The notes below the pieces were generated by a model. That model worked only from the letters and a program-made list of their open reading frames with translations. It ran no database searches and had not been told where the DNA came from. Made by a program: the position numbers and the translations under genes. This document shows, piece by piece, positions 58,701-64,000 of a DNA stretch of 64,000 nt. The stretch's first letter is position 1; every line of letters starts with the position of its first letter. The stretch is from Escherichia coli. GTDB lineage: Bacteria > Pseudomonadota > Gammaproteobacteria > Enterobacterales > Enterobacteriaceae. The stretch lies in assembly GCF_016026235.1 (NCBI RefSeq), contig NZ_CP065613.1; one strand, given 5' to 3'.

Positions 58701-59358
58701 CCCGCGTCTTGAAGCTGCCCTACGTACCACCCGACGCTGGTCGCTGGCAGATTTTCATTCTCTGTTTGTTAATCATCCCTTTACCCGTCTGGTTACCCAG
58801 CGATTAATATGGGGGGTTTATCCGGCAAATGAACCGCGTTGTTTACTCAACGCCTTTCGTGTGGCCGCAGAGGGGGAGTTCTGCAATGCGCAAGATGAGC
58901 CAATTGACCTGCCTGCGGACACTCTGATTGGCATTGCCCACCCGTTAGAAATGACAGCAGAAATGCGCAGTGAATTTGCACAGCTTTTTGCCGATTACGA
59001 AATTATGCCGCCTTTTCGCCAGTTGTCGCGCCGCACGGTGCTGCTCACACCTGACGAGTCAACCAGTAACAGCCTGACTCGCTGGGAAGGTAAATCCGCT
59101 ACCGTTGGGCAACTTATGGGAATGCGATACAAAGGCTGGGAGTCAGGCTATGAGGACGCATTTGTCTATGACCTGGGTGAGTACCGGCTGGTCCTTAAGT
59201 TTTCACCCGGTTTTAACCACTACAATGTTGATAGCAAAGCGCTAATGAGCTTCCGTTCTCTTCGAGTGTACCGTGACAATAAATCCGTCACTTTTGCCGA
59301 ACTTGATGTGTTTGATTTGAGTGAGGCGTTAAGCGCACCTGACGTCATTTTCCATTAA
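55726..59358 (+). CDS. yehI: YehI (DUF4132-type giant protein, 1210 aa), third paralog, lacking the N-terminal WGR segment
   Basis: ORF track; N-terminus aligns with paralog A/B residues after the WGR segment; the C-terminal half repeats the same module. Confidence 0.85.
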   Translation: MDKELPWLADNAQLELKYKKGKTPLSHRNWPGEPVPVITESIIQTLGDELLQKAEKKKNIVWRYENFLLEWQSAITQAINLIGEHKPSIPARTMAALACIAQNDSQQLLDEIVQQEGLEYATDVVMARQCIARRYESDSLVVTLQYQDEDYGYGYGSATYNDFDLRLRKHLSLAEESCWQRCADKLIAALPGIPKIRRPFIALILPEKPEIANELASLESSRSSLHSKEWLKVVATDNTAVKKLERYWGLDVFSDREASYMSQKNHFGYAACAALLREQGLAAIPRLAMYAHKEDCGSLLVQINHPQVIHTLLLVADKNKPSLQRVAKYSKNFPHATLAALAELLALKEPPARPGYPIIEDKKLPAQQKARDEYWRTLLQTLMASQPQLAEEVMQWLSTQARAVLNSYLLAPPKPVIDGTDNSNLPEILVSPPWRSKKKMTAPRLDLAPLELTPQVYWQPGEQERLASTESARYFSTESLAERMEQKSGRVVLQELGFGDDVWLFLNYILPGKLDAARNSLIVQWHYYQGRVEEILNGWNSPEAQLAEQALRSGHIEALINIWENDNYSRYRPEKSVWNLYLLAQLPREMALTFWLRINEKKHLFAGEDYFLSILGLDALPGLMLAFSHRTKETFPLILNFGATELALPVARVWRRFAVQRDLARQWILHWPEHTATALIPLVFTKSSDNSEAALLALRLLYEHGHGELLQTVANRWQRKDVWPALEQLLKQGPMDIYPARIPKAPDFWHPAMWSRPRLITNNQPVTDDALEIIGEMLRFTQGGRFYSGLEQLKTFCQPQTLAAFAWDLFTAWQQAGAPAKDNWAFLALSLFGDESTARDLTTQILAWPQEGKSARAVIGLNILTLMNNDMALIQLHHVSQRAKSSSLRENAAEFLQVVAENRGLSQEELADRLVPTLGLDDPQALIFDFGPRQFTVRFDENLNPVIFDQQNVRQKSVPRLRADDDQLKAPEALARLKGLKKDATQVSKNLLPRLEAALRTTRRWSLADFHSLFVNHPFTRLVTQRLIWGVYPANEPRCLLNAFRVAAEGEFCNAQDEPIDLPADTLIGIAHPLEMTAEMRSEFAQLFADYEIMPPFRQLSRRTVLLTPDESTSNSLTRWEGKSATVGQLMGMRYKGWESGYEDAFVYDLGEYRLVLKFSPGFNHYNVDSKALMSFRSLRVYRDNKSVTFAELDVFDLSEALSAPDVIFH

Positions 59359-59418
59359 AACACAGCGGGCAGTGATGCAACTGCCCGTTATTAACACGAC
59401 TTACCAGCGGGGAAAGCG

Positions 59419-59739
59419 ATGATCGTGCAAAAAGAGCTGGTTGCTATTTACGATTATGAGGTCCCTGTACCTGAAGATCCGTTTTCCTTCAGACTTGAGA
59501 TCCATAAATGCTCTGAATTATTTACAGGTTCCGTCTATCGACTGGAGCGATTCCGGCTACATCCAACATTTCATCAACGTGATCGAGAAGATGCTGACCC
59601 GCTAATAAATGATGCGTTGATTTATATAAGAGATGAGTGTATTGATGAGCGGAAATTACGAGGTGAATCACCTGAAACTGTAATAGCAATTTTTAATCGT
59701 GAACTACAGAATATATTCATCCAACAAATAGAAAAATAG
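59419..59739 (+). CDS. yehK: YehK (106 aa)
   Basis: ORF track; recognised. Confidence 0.8.
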   Translation: MIVQKELVAIYDYEVPVPEDPFSFRLEIHKCSELFTGSVYRLERFRLHPTFHQRDREDADPLINDALIYIRDECIDERKLRGESPETVIAIFNRELQNIFIQQIEK

Positions 59740-59792
59740 CTTTATTAAAGGGGGAAACGGTATTCCCCCTTAGATGCGTTTCAATTTGCCCG

Positions 59793-59882
59793 TTACTTCA
59801 ACAAATCAATCAACCGTAACAGAGCCACTAATAACTCCAGTACGGCAATGAGCACGATTAACTTTTGTGTCAGCGTGTCCAT
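59793..59882 (-). CDS. zorO: Type I toxin, ZorO-like (29 aa, MDTLTQKLIVLIAVLELLVALLRLIDLLK)
   Basis: Own translation; AAGGAG SD 5 nt upstream of the ATG; single predicted TM helix; matches my recollection of the Zor toxins of E. coli O157:H7. Confidence 0.7.
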   Translation of the reverse strand: MDTLTQKLIVLIAVLELLVALLRLIDLLK

Positions 59883-60063
59883 CCGCTCTCCTTATTAAGG
59901 AGCGCAACACCAGCACCTTACCCTTACACTGCCTGTCGATACTGGTTTACGTATGTTGGTACGAAACGTTGCTCTCCGGATCAGAGCACCGCCTGCGGCA
60001 CCACCCGTCCAGCAGCCAGGACTTAAAATTGGTCCGATCCGGCACAACCTCCCAACGGGCAGG

Positions 60064-60114
60064 ATTATAAATCTCATTCACTGAATTGCAATGGAGTGTG
60101 GATATGGTTATAAT
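60064..60114 (+). promoter_or_regulatory. Back-to-back promoters for zor (minus strand) and orz (plus strand) sharing a palindromic -35 hexamer, unit 1
   Basis: Plus strand: TTGCAA (60086-60091), 17 bp, TATAAT (60109-60114). Minus strand: the same TTGCAA, 16 bp, TATAAT (complement of 60064-60069). Confidence 0.6.
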
Positions 60115-60120
60115 TTATTC

Positions 60121-60203
60121 GTTGGTACGAAATGTTGCACAATCAGCAAGTTAGCGTCACTGTAGTAAATAAAAGAACCTGCCTCACCAGCAGGTTTTTT
60201 TAT
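60121..60203 (+). ncRNA. orzO: OrzO-like antitoxin sRNA (~83 nt)
   Basis: Predicted TSS 7 nt after the -10; 5' end GUUGGUACGAAAUGUUGC is complementary (one G-U) to the zor 5' UTR at 59955-59972; ends at terminator CCTGCCTCACCAGCAGG plus T7. Confidence 0.65.
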
Positions 60204-60400
60204 TTTCTGCGATCTACTTTCCAGATATTTTTTGCCAATAGCCCACCATAAATATTCACATCCCGGTCAAATGGTGCGTTGAATATAAAATCGATGAACT
60301 TATAAATAAACATGAGTTATATGATGAATTAATAAAAACAGTAATCATTTTATTAAAGGGGGAAGCGGTTTTCCCCCTTAGATGCGTTTCAATTTGCCCG

Positions 60401-60490
60401 TTACTTCAACAAATCAATCAACTGTAACAGAGCTACTAATAGCTCCAGTACAGCAATGAGCACGGTTAACTTTTGTGTCAGCGTGTCCAT
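60401..60490 (-). CDS. zorP: Type I toxin, ZorP-like (29 aa, MDTLTQKLTVLIAVLELLVALLQLIDLLK)
   Basis: Own translation of the second repeat unit; 2 aa differences from unit 1 (I9T, R23Q). Confidence 0.7.
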   Translation of the reverse strand: MDTLTQKLTVLIAVLELLVALLQLIDLLK

Positions 60491-60671
60491 CCGCTCTCCT
60501 TATTAAGGAGCGCAACACCAGCACCTTACCCTTACACTGCCTGTCGATACTGGTTTACGTATGTTGGACCACGATGTTGCACTCCGGATCAGGGCACCAC
60601 CTGCAGCACCACCCGTCCGGTAGCCAGGACTTGAAATAGGTTCGATCCGGCGCAACGTCCCAACGGTCTGG

Positions 60672-60722
60672 ATTATAAATCTCATTATCTTAATTGCAAC
60701 GGGGTCCAGCCATGGTTATAAT
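60672..60722 (+). promoter_or_regulatory. Back-to-back zor/orz promoters sharing the palindromic -35, unit 2
   Basis: TTGCAA 60694-60699; plus-strand -10 TATAAT 60717-60722; minus-strand -10 is the complement of 60672-60677. Confidence 0.6.
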
Positions 60723-60728
60723 TCGTTC

Positions 60729-60811
60729 GTTGGAACACGATGTTGCACAGGCTGTGGTGTTAGGCCTGAAAATAGTAAATAAAAGAACCTGCCTCACCAG
60801 CAGGTTTTTTT
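60729..60811 (+). ncRNA. orzP: OrzP-like antitoxin sRNA (~83 nt)
   Basis: 5' end GUUGGAACACGAUGUUGCAC pairs with the unit-2 UTR at 60563-60582 (one mismatch); terminator CCTGCCTCACCAGCAGG plus T7. Confidence 0.65.
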
Positions 60812-60922
60812 ATTTACTGTGATCTGCTTTCCAGATATTTTTCGCTCAAACAACTAATGCGCCAAACATTTATTGCGCGTAAAATATCGTTTATTTCATT
60901 AATACATTTCAGGGATGAATAT

Positions 60923-62011
60923 ATGTCACCGCAGAATAATCATCTGCAGCGTCCGCCTGCTGCTGTGTTATACGCCGATGAACTGGCAAAATTAAAACAA
61001 AATGATAACGCACCTTGCCCGCCCGGTTGGCAGTTAAGTTTGCCTGCGGCCCGTGCTTTTATCCTTGGCGATAGCGCGCAAAATATTAGCCGTAAAGTGG
61101 TGATTAGTCCCTCCGCTGTCGAACGTATGTTAGTCACTCTTGCCACCGGACGCGGTTTGATGTTGGTGGGGGAACCTGGCACCGCAAAATCTCTCCTGTC
61201 TGAATTACTGGCAACCGCTATTAGCGGCGATGCCGGGTTAACCGTCCAGGGCGGCGCATCTACTACCGAAGATCAAATCAAGTACGGCTGGAACTACGCC
61301 CTGCTTATCAATCATGGTCCATCAACGGAAGCGCTGGTCCCTGCCCCGCTTTACCAGGGAATGCGCGACGGCAAAATCGTCCGTTTTGAAGAGATAACGC
61401 GTACACCGCTGGAAGTGCAAGACTGTCTGTTAGGCATGCTTTCTGACAGGGTGATGACGGTGCCGGAACTCACTGGTGAAGCCAGTCAGCTCTATGCGCG
61501 AGAAGGCTTTAATATTATTGCCACTGCCAATACCCGCGATCGCGGCGTCAATGAAATGAGTGCTGCGCTAAAGCGTCGCTTCGATTTTGAAACTGTCTTT
61601 CCGATTATGGATTTCGCCCAGGAGCTGGAGCTTGTCGCCAGTGCTTCGGCGCGTTTGCTGGCCCATAGCGGTATTCCGCATAAAGTGCCTGACGCGGTAC
61701 TGGAGTTACTGGTCCGCACCTTCCGCGATCTGCGTGCCAACGGCGAAAAGAAAACGTCAATGGATACACTAACAGCGATTATGTCCACGGCTGAAGCCGT
61801 GAACGTGGCCCACGCCGTGGGCGTCCGCGCCTGGTTTTTAGCGAATCGCGCGGGGGAGCCTGCCGACCTGGTGGACTGTATTGCCGGAACCATCGTCAAA
61901 GATAACGAAGAAGATCGCGCTCGTCTGCGCCGTTACTTCGAACAGCGTGTCGCCACACATAAAGAAGCTCACTGGCAGGCTTATTATCAAGCCCGCCACC
62001 GCCTGCCGTGA
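60923..62011 (+). CDS. yehL: MoxR-family AAA+ ATPase YehL (362 aa)
   Basis: ORF track 60857-62011; start trimmed to MSPQNNHLQ; Walker A GEPGTAKS. Confidence 0.85.
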   Translation: MSPQNNHLQRPPAAVLYADELAKLKQNDNAPCPPGWQLSLPAARAFILGDSAQNISRKVVISPSAVERMLVTLATGRGLMLVGEPGTAKSLLSELLATAISGDAGLTVQGGASTTEDQIKYGWNYALLINHGPSTEALVPAPLYQGMRDGKIVRFEEITRTPLEVQDCLLGMLSDRVMTVPELTGEASQLYAREGFNIIATANTRDRGVNEMSAALKRRFDFETVFPIMDFAQELELVASASARLLAHSGIPHKVPDAVLELLVRTFRDLRANGEKKTSMDTLTAIMSTAEAVNVAHAVGVRAWFLANRAGEPADLVDCIAGTIVKDNEEDRARLRRYFEQRVATHKEAHWQAYYQARHRLP

Positions 62012-62021
62012 GGAAAGATGC

Positions 62022-64000
62022 ATGAGCGAGCCGTTAATTGTCGGCATCCGGCATCATAGTCCGGCCTGCGCCCGGCTGGTGAAATCGTTAATCGAAAGCC
62101 AGCGGCCACGATACGTGTTGATTGAAGGCCCGGCTGATTTTAATGACCGGGTAGACGAACTGTTTTTAGCCCACCAGCTTCCGGTAGCTATTTACAGTTA
62201 TTGCCAGTATCAGGACGGTGCAGCCCCCGGGCGTGGTGCCTGGACGCCATTTGCTGAATTTTCGCCGGAGTGGCAGGCGCTACAAGCCGCTCGTCGTATT
62301 CAGGCACAAACTTACTTCATCGATTTGCCTTGCTGGGCACAGAGTGAAGAAGAGGACGATTCGCCTGATACGCAAGAGGAAAGCCAGACCTTGCTGCTGC
62401 GTGCCACCCGCATGGATAACAGCGATAACCTGTGGGATCACTTGTTCGAAGATGAAAGCCAGCAAACTGCATTACCCTCTGCACTGGCGCACTATTTTGC
62501 CCAACTGCGGGGCGATTTCCCCGGCGATGCACTCAATCGTCAGCGCGAAGCCTTTATGGCTCGCTGGATTGCATGGGCGGTGCAGCAAAATAATGGCGAC
62601 GTGTTAGTCGTCTGCGGTGGCTGGCACGCTCCGGCACTGGCAAAAATGTGGCGCGAATGCCCGCAGGACATTAACAAGCCAGAATTGCCCTCGCTGGCAG
62701 ATGCCGTTACAGGTTGTTATCTCACACCCTACAGTGAAAAGCGCCTTGATGTGCTGGCAGGATACCTTTCAGGAATGCCTGCCCCGGTCTGGCAAAGCTG
62801 GTGCTGGCTGTGGGGCTTACAGCAGGCGGGAGAACAACTGCTAAAAACGGTTCTTACCCGTTTGCGCCAACACCACTTGCCTGCTTCGACCGCGGATATG
62901 GCTGCCGCTCATCTGCATGCGATGGCGCTGGCACAGTTGCGCGGACATAAACTACCGTTACGCACTGACTGGCTGGATGCCATAGCAGGCTCGCTGATTA
63001 AAGAAGCCCTGAACGCGCCGTTGCCGTGGAGCTATCGCGGAGTTATTCATCCCGACACCGATCCGATTCTGCTAACGTTGATAGACACATTAGCGGGTGA
63101 CGGATTCGGTAAACTTGCCCCTTCTACGCCACAACCGCCTCTGCCAAAAGATGTCACCTGCGAACTGGAACGTACCGCAATCTCTCTTCCGGCGGAGCTT
63201 ACCTTAAATCGCTTTACCCCCAATGGACTAGCGCAAAGTCAGGTGTTACATCGTCTGGCAATACTGGAGATCCCAGGGATTGTACGCCAGCAGGGAAGCA
63301 CACTGACACTTGCAGGCAACGGTGAAGAACGCTGGAAATTAACCCGCCCACTTAGCCAGCATGCGGCATTGATTGAGGCCGCCTGCTTTGGTGCAACACT
63401 CCAGGAAGCCGCACGCCATAAATTAGAAGCCGATATGCTGGACGCGGGTGGAATCGGCAGTATCACCACATGTCTTAGCCAGGCGGCGTTAGCGGGTCTG
63501 GCGTCCTTCAGTCAACAATTACTGGAACAACTCACATTATTAATCGCCCAGGAAAATCAATTTGCCGAAATGGGCCAGGCGCTGGAAGTGCTATATGCAT
63601 TATGGCGGCTGGATGAAATTAGCGGTATGCAAGGCGCGCAGATATTACAAACGACGTTATGCGCGGCTATCGATCGCACGCTCTGGCTGTGTGAATCCAA
63701 CGGCAAACCGGATGAAAAGGAGTTTCACGCTCACCTGCATAGCTGGCAGGCGCTTTGCCATATCCTGCGCGATCTACATAGCGGCGTTAATTTACCCGGC
63801 GTTTCGCTTTCTGCGGCGGTAGCCTTACTGGAGCGACGCAGTCAGGCGATTCATGCCCCGGCGCTGGATCGCGGCGCGGCTCTTGGCGCACTGATGCGTC
63901 TGGAACATCCCAACGCCAGTGCCGAAGCGGCGCTGGCGATGCTGGCACAGTTTTTCCCGGCACAATCCGGCGAAGCGCTGCACGGTTTGCTGGCATTAGC
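62022..64000 (+). CDS. yehM: YehM (partial; continues beyond the window end)
   Basis: Open frame from ATG 62022 (MSEPLIVGIRHHSPACARLV) to the end of the window; K-12 synteny after yehL. Confidence 0.7.
   Translation, partial: MSEPLIVGIRHHSPACARLVKSLIESQRPRYVLIEGPADFNDRVDELFLAHQLPVAIYSYCQYQDGAAPGRGAWTPFAEFSPEWQALQAARRIQAQTYFIDLPCWAQSEEEDDSPDTQEESQTLLLRATRMDNSDNLWDHLFEDESQQTALPSALAHYFAQLRGDFPGDALNRQREAFMARWIAWAVQQNNGDVLVVCGGWHAPALAKMWRECPQDINKPELPSLADAVTGCYLTPYSEKRLDVLAGYLSGMPAPVWQSWCWLWGLQQAGEQLLKTVLTRLRQHHLPASTADMAAAHLHAMALAQLRGHKLPLRTDWLDAIAGSLIKEALNAPLPWSYRGVIHPDTDPILLTLIDTLAGDGFGKLAPSTPQPPLPKDVTCELERTAISLPAELTLNRFTPNGLAQSQVLHRLAILEIPGIVRQQGSTLTLAGNGEERWKLTRPLSQHAALIEAACFGATLQEAARHKLEADMLDAGGIGSITTCLSQAALAGLASFSQQLLEQLTLLIAQENQFAEMGQALEVLYALWRLDEISGMQGAQILQTTLCAAIDRTLWLCESNGKPDEKEFHAHLHSWQALCHILRDLHSGVNLPGVSLSAAVALLERRSQAIHAPALDRGAALGALMRLEHPNASAEAALAMLAQFFPAQSGEALHGLLAL

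Larger units (their letters stand above)
59741..60842 (+). repeat. Tandem direct duplication (two ~495-bp units, about 90% identical, with a ~108-bp unique spacer) carrying the Zor/Orz-like modules
   Basis: Units 59741-60232 and 60341-60842 align colinearly (hairpin, small ORF, UTR, promoters, sRNA, terminator). Confidence 0.85.

Noticed and set aside
59867-60077. 67-aa (+) and 60-aa (-) ORFs in the first zor repeat unit (and the 60503-60685 ORF in the second)
   Set aside because: They fall in the predicted zor 5' UTR and promoter region, and the Cys/Arg/Pro-rich translations look like chance frames
59741-60842. Possible CRISPR array because of direct repeats
   Set aside because: Only two long (~495 bp) repeat units containing ORFs, promoters and terminators; no short repeat-spacer periodicity

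Overview
This window is an Escherichia/Shigella-type chromosomal segment syntenic with the E. coli K-12 region around 46-47 min. Gene order read from the sequence: ibsA/sibA and ibsB/sibB (type I TA repeats), mdtABCD-baeSR, yegP, a ParD/ParE-like pair, yegQ, cyaR sRNA, yegR, yegS, gatR-gatDCBAZY, fbaB, yegTUV, yegW, yegX, thiMD with its TPP riboswitch, rcnR/rcnA/rcnB, yehA-yehB-(yehC fragment), yehE, mrp, metG, an array of three giant paralogous WGR/DUF4132-type genes (two MolR-like genes plus yehI), yehK, a tandemly duplicated Zor/Orz-like type I toxin-antitoxin locus, yehL and the start of yehM. Six insertion sequences are present: three copies of a 1295-bp IS10-like (IS4-family) element, two copies of IS4 (one with an amber mutation in the transposase) and one IS1. 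Four of them disrupt something: the SibB antitoxin sRNA, both MolR-like paralogs, and the yehDC fimbrial genes (IS1-associated deletion); a fifth sits in the 48-bp gatC-gatD junction. The strongest candidates for a second look are (i) the tandem Zor/Orz-like locus, whose promoters, UTR length and cognate-specific pairing can all be read directly, (ii) an ibsB toxin gene whose antisense antitoxin is split by an IS, and (iii) the poorly characterised paralog array next to a MoxR-type AAA+ gene (yehL). Gene names are assigned by recognition of protein sequences and K-12 synteny from memory; no database search was run.
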